A stretch of DNA of 64,000 bases from Candidatus Hodarchaeota archaeon (GTDB taxonomy: Archaea; Asgardarchaeota; Heimdallarchaeia; Hodarchaeales; Hodarchaeaceae): assembly GCA_016839815.1 (NCBI GenBank), contig JAEOTM010000047.1:32001-96000 (forward strand), given 5' to 3'. A program made the translations under genes and the position numbers. The notes beneath the pieces are model-generated. The model saw only the letters and a list, made by a program, of their open reading frames with translations. It ran no database searches and had not been told where the DNA came from. Position 1 is the stretch's first letter; each line of letters begins with the position of its first letter. Below, in pieces: positions 49,560 through 58,800 of the stretch.

Positions 49560-52500
49560 AAACAATGGAACTAAAAGACTACTTATTAGAAACACCGTTA
49601 TACTTCTCACATGGGATTGAAGTCGAAAATCATCTTGTGGATACTACTTCAGGTGAAGTACTGGTGGGAAATGATCTTCTGAGTACATGGGAGGAGATGT
49701 TTTCTGGAGCAGCAAAATATTTAGAGAAACTAAAGAAAGCAAAACATACTCCAAAAACTATAGCAAAGAAGATAGTCAAAATAGAAGTCGCTGAAGAGCT
49801 AAAAAGAGAGAAACGGTTAAATTTCATATTCGTTCATTACCGACTTGGAAAGAAAACAGTCCGAGTCAATGTATTTGGTCCTGATCCAAATATTTCACAA
49901 ATTACCTGGTTATTAGAATTAGTAACCCCTCCCTGTGAGTATCTTGAAGAGATCGCATTTTGGATCGACTCTTTATACGCAGCTGCAGCTCATGGATTAT
50001 CAAAACTAAAGAGTAAGTACAAGCTGTTACCTTTAGGCCTGAATCCCATGGAAAAACGAGTACGAAGCGGTTTAACCTGTGGAGAGCACCACCATATTGG
50101 TGTAGCGTCATTTATTCGAGCACCTGTTTATAATATGTTACGCAACTATACTCCTCATTTGATCGCATTAAGCGCCACTTCTCCTTTTCTTAATCAAAAA
50201 CCTAGTAGTAAGATCATTGTTAAGGAGAAAGAAGGAAAAAAGCAAGTAATTAGTAGAGGTATTCATTCTTATCGTCTAGCAAATAATACAGGACAAATGG
50301 GACCAAACATTCCGCAATACCTTCCCATTATAGATGATATGACTACTCGGGAAGATTTTGCACGCTCGATCCGCAAAGTTCCCCCTGAGGACCGAATGAT
50401 AGATCTTTTCCCCTATACAGATTATTCAACAATCGAGCTAAGGTTCTTTGATGCCCAACCTTGGAGGGAAAATCGTTTAGCTATGGTGTTACTTATTCAA
50501 GCCTTAGCACAAAAGACGAAAAACTTGATTAAAGAGAGGAAAGCAGTTCCAACTGTTTCTTCGCAGAGTTTATATGAAAACCGTCGAAAAGCAATTCAAT
50601 TTGGCCTATTAGCTCAATTTACAAGGGATGAAAATCTAACTGGGGAGTTTGCCTGGTTCTATAACTATGATATCGAAAATGGAGTAAAAGCATCTAAGTT
50701 AATGCATTCTGTCCTGGCATTATTCATTTACATTGAGGATGAACTTCTTGATTTGAATTCAAAGTATGTTGACCAGGTTCTTCTACCTGTTTTAGGTTCG
50801 GAAAAATTTGCTCCTCCATTTACAGTATGTGAATATCTCCTATCACTCTTCACTGAAAAAGGGGAAAATGCCAATGAATTCCTGAATGAAATCTATTATT
50901 CTGAAAAACTTACTTATCCTCCGAAAGTAGCAGGTAATTTTTCTTCTTTTCTTGTTGAAAACCCTCCCGACTCATTTTCAGAAGTTAGTGCAGAAAAAGA
51001 CAACTTAACCAGAATCTTAAGGCAGGATATCGCCACACGAGATGTTTTCAAGAGTCAACCTCCTCCAAAACCAAAAAAGAGAAAGATAAAGAAACCTGTT
51101 GTCCCTAAAGAGATACCTGTTGTAAAACCAAAGAAAAAAGTCCTAGTTGAAACACCTAAGAAAGTCCCACCTAAGAAGAAGGAACCAACCAAAACACCAA
51201 AAACAAAACCTGCAAAAGCAAAAAAACCAACTAAAGTTCCCCTCCTAAAGAAGGAAGTAAAGAAAACTCCTAAACTTAAACCAGTAGAAATCGTGCAGGA
51301 AAAAGCAAGTCAGGTAATTTCTGCATTTGATGAAAATGAAGATCTCGAAATTTATTCCCCTATGATTGAGATAGAACCAAAATATCAGAAGATTAACTCT
51401 AAAATCGCAAATATTATGCGTACACGTCGTCAAGAAATTGAAGCAAAACGAGTTGTATTCTTCCGAGAGCATCTAAAAGCAGAAGAATCTAATTTTAAGC
51501 CATTCCCAAAGAAAAGAGCCGCTGTATTTCCCGCTTTAATATCTGGTTCTGAATTATTTGGTTATATTGAGCTTACATTCGGTGATATAAAGAAAGTAAT
51601 GTACCAATTTAGGAACAATCCTATAACTTTAAGATTTTACGATGATACCACGAATAAAGAGGTAGATACGTTAAGGACTTTCATTGATATATCAACACTT
51701 GAAAAACGCCAAATGGTAAGAATACCTTGTTCTATCGACCTGGGAGAACTCTATGGAAAGATTAAGCTAAGAGTGGAGGCGGTTACCTCAACAAATCATC
51801 GATTATTGCCCGAAAAGTTCAGTTTTACATTAGAACGCAAAGATGAAATTAGTATTTCCCCCAAGGAGTTCTATATCACAAGTAATTTTGGGTCTGTAGA
51901 ATGCATTTACAAAGCAACCAATGACTCAAAGAAGGAAGAAAGAGGGGAGTTGACGCTCCTATTAGCTACACAAGCATCATCATCACCTATTGTCATTTAT
52001 GAGGAAAAGTTCTCAATTAAACCTCGTGCATCCTATGAATTGGCACGAAGTATTGATTTGTCAATTGATTATCAGCATAGTTCCTTTTATATTTTAGCTC
52101 GTGTAACTACAGGGCTTTTAAAGAAAAACCGATCTTTTAAGAGCATTCATGTTCCTGTATTACGTGAAGTGGTTGTCGATTGGTCATTTGAAACCCACAC
52201 TGGTTCTAAAAATGACTTATGGCTGGGTGTAGAGCCTAAAACACACTATGCTGTAGATTTTGTGTTTCATTTCCTTAGGTCATTGCCACCTGTAAGTATT
52301 ACAATCTATATTAACACATTTCCTCAAGGTGAAACAAAAAAATTGACGAGTTTACGATTAAAACGTTTCATCGATAAAGGAGACGAATTCCGTGCGCCAA
52401 CGGTCAAATTTAAGACTCCGAAAAAATGTGGTTACTTAATCTTTGACGCGCAGATCCGTACTGAAAAAGGAATTCTTCCCATGCACCTTATTTCAGAACC

Positions 52501-52564
52501 TATTGGGGTATATGCGTTAACCACAAAATCTACTTTCGAACAAAGCCGGAATTTAGATTTGTAA
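49556..52564 (+). CDS. GCS2/YbdK-like carboxylate-amine ligase domain + Lys/Pro-rich linker + beta-rich C-terminal domains
   Basis: HGIEVE, LELVTP, GEHHHIG, ALSATSPF, HSYR, TIELRFFDAQ, ENRRKAIQFG. The GTG start overlaps the upstream TGA. Confidence 0.82.
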   Translation: MKTMELKDYLLETPLYFSHGIEVENHLVDTTSGEVLVGNDLLSTWEEMFSGAAKYLEKLKKAKHTPKTIAKKIVKIEVAEELKREKRLNFIFVHYRLGKKTVRVNVFGPDPNISQITWLLELVTPPCEYLEEIAFWIDSLYAAAAHGLSKLKSKYKLLPLGLNPMEKRVRSGLTCGEHHHIGVASFIRAPVYNMLRNYTPHLIALSATSPFLNQKPSSKIIVKEKEGKKQVISRGIHSYRLANNTGQMGPNIPQYLPIIDDMTTREDFARSIRKVPPEDRMIDLFPYTDYSTIELRFFDAQPWRENRLAMVLLIQALAQKTKNLIKERKAVPTVSSQSLYENRRKAIQFGLLAQFTRDENLTGEFAWFYNYDIENGVKASKLMHSVLALFIYIEDELLDLNSKYVDQVLLPVLGSEKFAPPFTVCEYLLSLFTEKGENANEFLNEIYYSEKLTYPPKVAGNFSSFLVENPPDSFSEVSAEKDNLTRILRQDIATRDVFKSQPPPKPKKRKIKKPVVPKEIPVVKPKKKVLVETPKKVPPKKKEPTKTPKTKPAKAKKPTKVPLLKKEVKKTPKLKPVEIVQEKASQVISAFDENEDLEIYSPMIEIEPKYQKINSKIANIMRTRRQEIEAKRVVFFREHLKAEESNFKPFPKKRAAVFPALISGSELFGYIELTFGDIKKVMYQFRNNPITLRFYDDTTNKEVDTLRTFIDISTLEKRQMVRIPCSIDLGELYGKIKLRVEAVTSTNHRLLPEKFSFTLERKDEISISPKEFYITSNFGSVECIYKATNDSKKEERGELTLLLATQASSSPIVIYEEKFSIKPRASYELARSIDLSIDYQHSSFYILARVTTGLLKKNRSFKSIHVPVLREVVVDWSFETHTGSKNDLWLGVEPKTHYAVDFVFHFLRSLPPVSITIYINTFPQGETKKLTSLRLKRFIDKGDEFRAPTVKFKTPKKCGYLIFDAQIRTEKGILPMHLISEPIGVYALTTKSTFEQSRNLDL

Positions 52565-52665
52565 TGGATTCGAACTTGTACTCATTTCTTTCAAAGGATT
52601 TAATTTTTAAAGGATAAATCAACCTAAACTGAAACAATATAGGATTACCTAACCAAGGAGACTTC

Positions 52666-53949
52666 TTGATGACTCACAAAGTTGTAAATGTAGGAAATAT
52701 TGAAGGACGGGCATATCTCCATACCCTAGATATAGAAAAACTAGGTATTAATGAATTTGATTATGTTAAGATGGTGACAGAATGGGAGGATTGGGGTGCA
52801 GTTCAAATACTTTCATCAGATGAAGTGGAACAGGGCACTATCGCTGTAGATGGAAGTGTACTCTCATCAGCAAACATCTCAGATGGTGATGCAGTCGAAG
52901 TTGAAGCAGTAAAGGCCACAGCAGGTATTAAATCTATCAAACTTGGAATCGAACCTCTCGCAGGACAAGAGGTTGAAGAAGCTATCTTATGGATCGCTAC
53001 TGAATTCGAACAGCTATCTACATTGCTCAAAAATCGTCCTGTCTTTAATAATTTACAGATCTCATGGGAAGATTGCCCTATTGGAAGTTTGACCGTGAGA
53101 TTCTTAGGTGCAGATCCTCCAATCCCTGACGAGGATATCGGAATAGTTGATCCTACTGGTAGAGAAGTAGAAATTAACATTATTCCTTTCACTGAAATGA
53201 GTTTCAACGCTGTTTTGGTTCTTGATGTATCGGGTAGTATGTCTAAAAAGGATATGAAAGTTAAAAATATTAGTGGCGCTCTAGAAGGATTGAAGAAAGG
53301 CTTAGACGAATCTAATGAACTTAATGCGTTTATAGAAAAGTTTCAAGATGGAAAGAAAGTTTCTAGAGTGGATGCGGCTGCAATGGCAATTATGTTGTTC
53401 ATGTCACTCAAGATTGCAAAGGGATGGGGAGAACAGATCCAATTATTGACGTTTTCTGGAGAAGTGGAGAAATTTGAACTTGGGGAATCAAATGTTATTT
53501 CCTGTGTAGGTGAAACCAAAAAAGCAGGAATTGAGAGTATTATAGATCACGTTGTGCAAAAAACCGCAGAAAGTACTGGGTTGACCTTTTTGAGTGGGGC
53601 AATTGATCAAGCATACAAAAGTATTGATAGTTTTGACGACAATCCTACAATCCAAAAGAAAAATCCGACCATGATTATTGTTCTGACTGACGGTAATCCA
53701 AATAAAGGAAATGGACTTGGAGTAAATCCTATTCCAATTGTTAAGCAACAGGTTGAGCAATTTCCCGAAGTGGTTCTCTATGCTATCGGTTTAGGCGAAG
53801 CAGATCGACTAATGTTACGTAAGATTGGAGAAATGGGTCGTGGAGGAAGTCTGATGGCCGATGACCTGGAAACGTTAATCGATTTTTACGATTCATTAGC
53901 TCAAAATTTCCAGATGGTCGTTAAAATGAAAAAGGAACCAGAGGAATAA
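52666..53949 (+). CDS. CDC48/VAT N-terminal-like domain fused to a vWA domain
   Basis: GRAYLH..EKLGINEFDYV..GTIAVD..NISDGDAVEV (double-psi barrel); LDVSGSM, T and LTDG (MIDAS); YAIGLG. Confidence 0.82.
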   Translation: MMTHKVVNVGNIEGRAYLHTLDIEKLGINEFDYVKMVTEWEDWGAVQILSSDEVEQGTIAVDGSVLSSANISDGDAVEVEAVKATAGIKSIKLGIEPLAGQEVEEAILWIATEFEQLSTLLKNRPVFNNLQISWEDCPIGSLTVRFLGADPPIPDEDIGIVDPTGREVEINIIPFTEMSFNAVLVLDVSGSMSKKDMKVKNISGALEGLKKGLDESNELNAFIEKFQDGKKVSRVDAAAMAIMLFMSLKIAKGWGEQIQLLTFSGEVEKFELGESNVISCVGETKKAGIESIIDHVVQKTAESTGLTFLSGAIDQAYKSIDSFDDNPTIQKKNPTMIIVLTDGNPNKGNGLGVNPIPIVKQQVEQFPEVVLYAIGLGEADRLMLRKIGEMGRGGSLMADDLETLIDFYDSLAQNFQMVVKMKKEPEE

Positions 53950-54159
53950 AAGTTAAATTATCCTCCAATATTTTCTTCTTTTCATAACATCTGGTGACAC
54001 CTAAATTTATAAAACTCTCTAATCCTTTCCCATAAGAGCTCAAGAAGGAAAATTTTTCACCTAATACATTTCAAATTATTTGTAATCCAAATAAAATCCT
54101 TAGGAAGAAGACTAAATTATTTATACTTTGATGAAGAGTGCATAGACCCCAACTTGTAA

Positions 54160-55719
54160 ATGAGCTTTTTTGGGAATGAGTGTTTAGGTGAACATATGCC
54201 AGAATACAAAGTTGTAACATCCGATATTGATCCAAAAGACGCTGTTCTAGTTTCTCCGGAAAATAATCAACAAATAGTTACTCAAGCAAAATTTACTCTA
54301 GCTTTTAAAGGAGCAGAAGAAAAAGTTGGTCAGGTTTTCAAGTTAAAATGCTTCTTAGAAGAAGATGAAATTGGTTTGTCTCAGGTGATGATGAATAAGC
54401 TTGGAATAACAGAAGGAGAAAAAGTACGTCTGCAATCAATTGGACGGACAATCTCCAGAAGCTTTCCTCTAATTAAACAACGAATAACTCAACCTGGAAG
54501 AATGTTCACTAAAAACGAAATAGATCAAATAATCAGCGATATTACTCTCGACAACATGACCCCACTTGAAGAATCGGTTTTTCTAACCTCTCAGATGCTT
54601 CAAGAATGGAGTATTGGAGAAATTGAATGTTTAACCAACGCAATAGCTCATTCAGGGCAAATGATCAATTGGGGAGATACAGTTATCTTTGATAAGCACT
54701 CTCTTGGTGGGGTTCCAGGTAACAAGGTAACTCTTTTAGTTGTTCCTATAATTGCTGCAGCTGGATTAACTATTCCTAAAACTTCGTCACGAGCTATTAC
54801 CAGTCCTTCAGGTACAGCTGATACCATGGAAGCTCTTGGATGTAAAATTGAATTTACTATTGATGAAATGGTTGACATTGCTCACAATATTGGGGGACTT
54901 ATTGCTTGGACAGGTGGTTTAAACATTGTTCCTGCTGATGAGAAAATAATTCGTGATGTTCAATATCCTTTAGGTATTGATCCCGAACCAATGATGATGG
55001 CTTCAGTGATCTCCAAGAAAGTTGCGATGGGAGTTAAGTTCCTTGTTTTAGATATTCCAACGGGATATGGTACTAAGGTTGCTAGTTTAGATGATGGTAA
55101 ACGGATTGCTCATCGATTTGCAGAGTTAGGACGGTTACTTGGAATACGAATTGAAAGTGGAATAACTTACGGTAGCTCACCTGTCGGTAATGCCATTGGA
55201 CCTGGATTAGAGGCTAGAGAAGCATTGACTAGCTTGATGAATCCCTTAGAAGCTCCACATTCCTTAGTAGGGAAAAGTACCTCACTAGCAGGTATTCTTT
55301 TGGAAATGGCTGGTAAAGCTATTGCTGGTGCAGGTCAAGAAATGGCATATGAGATTTTGAACTCTGGCCAGGCCTATCAGAAATTCCAAGAAATTCTTGA
55401 AGCACAGAATGCGGAACCTGACTTAAAACCAGAAAACATTGAAGTTGGGTCAGCAACATATGACTATCTAGCTCCTCAAAGCGGTTATGTTGTAGAAATC
55501 AATAATAAAGTAATCGTTCGGGCTGCTCGAGCAGCTGGAGCTCCTATGGACAAACGTGCTGGTGTGTACTTCCATAAAAAGAAAGATTCTGTGAAACGTG
55601 GAGAACCCTTATTTACTTTGCACGCTCCTTCAGAAAAAAAGTTATCAGCTGCTCAAGCTGAATTAACTAAAGGAGATTTACCTGTTACTATTGAAGGTAT
55701 GCTTCTAGCACGTGAATGA
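54160..55719 (+). CDS. AMP phosphorylase (archaeal thymidine-phosphorylase family)
   Basis: DKHSLGGVPGNK, PKTSSRAITSPSGTADTME, LDIPTG.GTKV, ARAAGAPMDK.AG. Likely start is 54196. Confidence 0.93.
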   Translation: MSFFGNECLGEHMPEYKVVTSDIDPKDAVLVSPENNQQIVTQAKFTLAFKGAEEKVGQVFKLKCFLEEDEIGLSQVMMNKLGITEGEKVRLQSIGRTISRSFPLIKQRITQPGRMFTKNEIDQIISDITLDNMTPLEESVFLTSQMLQEWSIGEIECLTNAIAHSGQMINWGDTVIFDKHSLGGVPGNKVTLLVVPIIAAAGLTIPKTSSRAITSPSGTADTMEALGCKIEFTIDEMVDIAHNIGGLIAWTGGLNIVPADEKIIRDVQYPLGIDPEPMMMASVISKKVAMGVKFLVLDIPTGYGTKVASLDDGKRIAHRFAELGRLLGIRIESGITYGSSPVGNAIGPGLEAREALTSLMNPLEAPHSLVGKSTSLAGILLEMAGKAIAGAGQEMAYEILNSGQAYQKFQEILEAQNAEPDLKPENIEVGSATYDYLAPQSGYVVEINNKVIVRAARAAGAPMDKRAGVYFHKKKDSVKRGEPLFTLHAPSEKKLSAAQAELTKGDLPVTIEGMLLARE

Positions 55720-56135
55720 TGATAATTACGAAAATGAAACCATCGGCATCCCTTCCTCTTGATCTTCTATCCACATTCGTAGATTATTGTAACTCGATAA
55801 CTGATTCCACTGTTATTGTTGTCGAAGGGAACCGAGATATCGAAGCATTAAGATCAATTGGTTTAAATTTAACAAGTGGAAAAATACTAGCAAAAAAGGG
55901 ATTATCTCTAGCCCAAACCGTTGACCAAATCTATAAATTTCCTGTGATAATTTTACTTCTTGATTTTGATAAAGCAGGAGCTCGTATACGGGGAAAATTA
56001 AAACAGGAAATTCAAAAACGCAAAGGTCATGGACTTATTGATTCTTTCCCAAGGCAATTACTGTATAAATTTTGTCGTGCCGCTCGTATAAACGAAATCG
56101 AAGAAATTAAACAATTTTCAGATTTAATTCTCTAA
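55716..56135 (+). CDS. Stand-alone TOPRIM domain protein (UPF0292/RNase M5-like)
   Basis: VVEGNRD..AL, LLDFDKAG; ATGA overlap with the AMP phosphorylase gene. Confidence 0.85.
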   Translation: MMIITKMKPSASLPLDLLSTFVDYCNSITDSTVIVVEGNRDIEALRSIGLNLTSGKILAKKGLSLAQTVDQIYKFPVIILLLDFDKAGARIRGKLKQEIQKRKGHGLIDSFPRQLLYKFCRAARINEIEEIKQFSDLIL

Positions 56136-56225
56136 ATTCAGAAATATTGGGACATAAATATATTGAAAAACAACACTGATTAAGAGTAATATCTACAGGT
56201 GATCGTGTTATTAGGAGAATAACAC

Positions 56226-57074
56226 ATGAAAATCGGGGATTCTTCAGGATTAAAAAATGAAAAACTCTTTTTTCCTAGGCGCACAACCATTGCGAGTTTT
56301 CCTGGTGGAAAAAGTGATGTAAAAAAGCACCTTCCACTTTATTCATCGATCCCCATAAAAGTAGACTATTTAGTTGAACCTTTTGCAGGTTTAGCTAATG
56401 TCTTCATTTCAATATCCCCAAGAGTTTCGCGAGTATGGTTAAATGATAAAGATCCTGAAATTTATTCACTTCTCCATTGCATCAATGATTCTTCATTACT
56501 CCCCCAGCTCATAGAATATATTAAATCGTTGGAGCCCATTGATAAAGCTGATTATTATCATTGGAAAGAGTCTAATCCCTCTGAACTGTTAGAACGTGCA
56601 GTCAGAAGATTAGTCATACTCAATTGTTCTCCCAATGGAGCTGGAGGAGGATATAGTAGGGAAAAAGCTCATCGGAAATGGTACCAAAACAAACCCAAAC
56701 TTTGGTTTACAATTCAGCAGATTTTTCATAAAAAATATGTACGGATTACTAATCTTGATTATGAAGAAATTCTAAATTCTTTCTCTCATGTTGAGCATGA
56801 GAAGAAATATTTTCTCTATTTAGACCCCCCATATTATGATGTGGCACAAAAAGGCTCTTTATATGGCAAAAAATTCAATCTTATTGATTTAAAGGAATTG
56901 AAATCGTTGTTAGCTCCTCTTTCGATTCACTGGTTATTATCAAATCGGGATACTCCTAGGGTCAGAGAGATCTTTAGAGAATTTCACTTATTTGGATATA
57001 ATACCTATAATGATATGAATAATACGAAAAGTAATAATCCTGAACTTCTCATTAGTAATCGTCCTTTTGAATAA
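56226..57074 (+). CDS. Dam-like (D12 class) DNA adenine methyltransferase, orphan
   Basis: FPGGKS, VEPFAG, LND, YLDPPYY, LLSN, ELLISN. Confidence 0.9.
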   Translation: MKIGDSSGLKNEKLFFPRRTTIASFPGGKSDVKKHLPLYSSIPIKVDYLVEPFAGLANVFISISPRVSRVWLNDKDPEIYSLLHCINDSSLLPQLIEYIKSLEPIDKADYYHWKESNPSELLERAVRRLVILNCSPNGAGGGYSREKAHRKWYQNKPKLWFTIQQIFHKKYVRITNLDYEEILNSFSHVEHEKKYFLYLDPPYYDVAQKGSLYGKKFNLIDLKELKSLLAPLSIHWLLSNRDTPRVREIFREFHLFGYNTYNDMNNTKSNNPELLISNRPFE

Positions 57075-57099
57075 AATATCAAATGTTTATTGCTACGCA

Positions 57100-57498
57100 T
57101 TAAGATTCTGATTTTCTAAAACCACAGGCAGGACATGTATGTGTTCCGTAATCCAACATAAGACTGCAATTTTCACAGGGGGTTGATTCTCCTATTACTT
57201 CAAGAGTTCCCACCTCTAAGAATCCACATTTGGAACATTTTACTGTCCCTTTCTGAAAATTTGCGCCACATTTTGGACAATATTCATCCTCTAAACCTGG
57301 TAGTTTATATGGTCTCCCATATTTTCTCATGTTTTCCAACCCCTTTTTATCAGCATATTGCTCTGTATATCCACATTCCAGACAAGTTAATGCATTTATT
57401 GTAGAAGTCCTCAGATTTAATAAATGCACTCTATCAATAATATGGGGACCACTAATTTCAGTATTTCCACAAATCGGACATTTTTGAGTAAATCGCAT
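57100..57498 (-). CDS. Multi zinc-ribbon protein
   Basis: CPICG..CLECGYTEQY, CPKCG..CSKCG, CENC..CPACG. Confidence 0.75.
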   Translation of the reverse strand: MRFTQKCPICGNTEISGPHIIDRVHLLNLRTSTINALTCLECGYTEQYADKKGLENMRKYGRPYKLPGLEDEYCPKCGANFQKGTVKCSKCGFLEVGTLEVIGESTPCENCSLMLDYGTHTCPACGFRKSES

Positions 57499-57726
57499 AA
57501 CCGATCGTGATTCAAAGGTTTTAATAAGATTATTTATGCAGGAAGAAGTCTTGGATTGTCAGAGAATTACGATTCTAATCCTTTCTACCTCAAATTGGAC
57601 AATCATTCTTAAGCATGCAGGATGCTTTAGATGAGCTTTTCGATATACAAGGGACGGAGCAAGAAAGTTCAAAATTACTCTTCCGTTTATCCTTGATAAG
57701 TTGAACAAAAGGAGTATGACGAGATT

Positions 57727-58800
57727 ATGCAAGCTATAATGAAAACTAGTGAAGCAAAAGGGTTTGAAATTCGTGAGGTCCCTGAACCAGCTATTAAACA
57801 TAACGAGGTCAAATTAAAAATCGATGTTGCTTCAATATGCGGCACAGATCATCACATGTGGGTGTATGACCTATGGGCACAAAATAGATTACCCCCTGCT
57901 ATTCCTTTTATTGCTGGCCATGAGGCCGGTTTAGAGGTCGTGGACATCGGAAAAGACGTTAAAAACCTACAGATCGGGGATAAGGTGTCTATGGAATGTC
58001 ATGCAGCCTGTGGTACCTGTTATCAATGCAGAAGTGATCGGATGCATATTTGTGCCAATACCAAAATTTTTGGTGTGGATAAAGATGGTATTTTTGCAGA
58101 ATATGCAGTTATTCCTGAACTAAATGCAATAAAGAACGATGATAACCTTGATCCAGCCATAGCATCTCTTCAAGACCCTTTGGGCAACGCTGTACATACC
58201 ATTCTTCCTAAAGATAATATTGAAGATATTGCAGGAAAAAATGTCCTCATTACAGGGGCTGGCCCAATCGGTTTGATGGCTATTCCTGTTGTAAAAATGC
58301 TTGGTGCAGGACAAGTATTTGTAACGGCTGGCGGGAATAATTTGTTAAGATTGGAAACTGCAAAAAAACTTGGTGCTGATATGGTCCTTAATGCCCGAGA
58401 AGAGGGAGATACAATACCTAAAATCATTAAAGATGCGACTGATGGAATTGGAGTTGATGTTCTCCTCGAGATGGCTGGAAATATTTATGCTCTCAAGCAT
58501 GGTTTAGAAGCTTTGACCTATGGTGGTCGTGTTTCATTATTAGGATTCTTTCCAGGTTCTATTGAATTTGATATTAATTCTTTAATGATTAGTAAAGGGA
58601 CATCTGTGTTTGGAATTGCCGGTCGTCGTATGTTTCAGACTTGGCAAGTGATGAAAGGACTGTTGAAGTCAAAAGACTTGCAATCAAAACTTAAGGATAA
58701 TATTATTACGCACCGAGTAAATATGAGTGACTGGGAAAAAGGGATGACGGAAATTCATGAGAAACGTGCAATTAAAGTCGTAATGGATCCATTCAATTGA
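57727..58800 (+). CDS. tdh: Zn-dependent (MDR) L-threonine 3-dehydrogenase
   Basis: SICGTDHH..D.WAQ, GHE, CGTCYQC..HIC, DPLGNAVHT, GAGPIG, LEMAG, GIAGRRMFQTW. Confidence 0.88.
   Translation: MQAIMKTSEAKGFEIREVPEPAIKHNEVKLKIDVASICGTDHHMWVYDLWAQNRLPPAIPFIAGHEAGLEVVDIGKDVKNLQIGDKVSMECHAACGTCYQCRSDRMHICANTKIFGVDKDGIFAEYAVIPELNAIKNDDNLDPAIASLQDPLGNAVHTILPKDNIEDIAGKNVLITGAGPIGLMAIPVVKMLGAGQVFVTAGGNNLLRLETAKKLGADMVLNAREEGDTIPKIIKDATDGIGVDVLLEMAGNIYALKHGLEALTYGGRVSLLGFFPGSIEFDINSLMISKGTSVFGIAGRRMFQTWQVMKGLLKSKDLQSKLKDNIITHRVNMSDWEKGMTEIHEKRAIKVVMDPFN

Noticed and set aside
49556-52564. Calling the ligase PafA/Dop (true pupylation)
   Set aside because: The motifs fit GCS2/YbdK better, and no Pup-like small ORF ending GGE/GGQ or proteasome gene was seen nearby.
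56226-57498. Dam-like MTase + TOPRIM + Zn-ribbon read as a restriction-modification or defence system
   Set aside because: No endonuclease motif (PD-D/ExK, HNH) was recognised, and the TOPRIM protein looks like the housekeeping archaeal stand-alone type.
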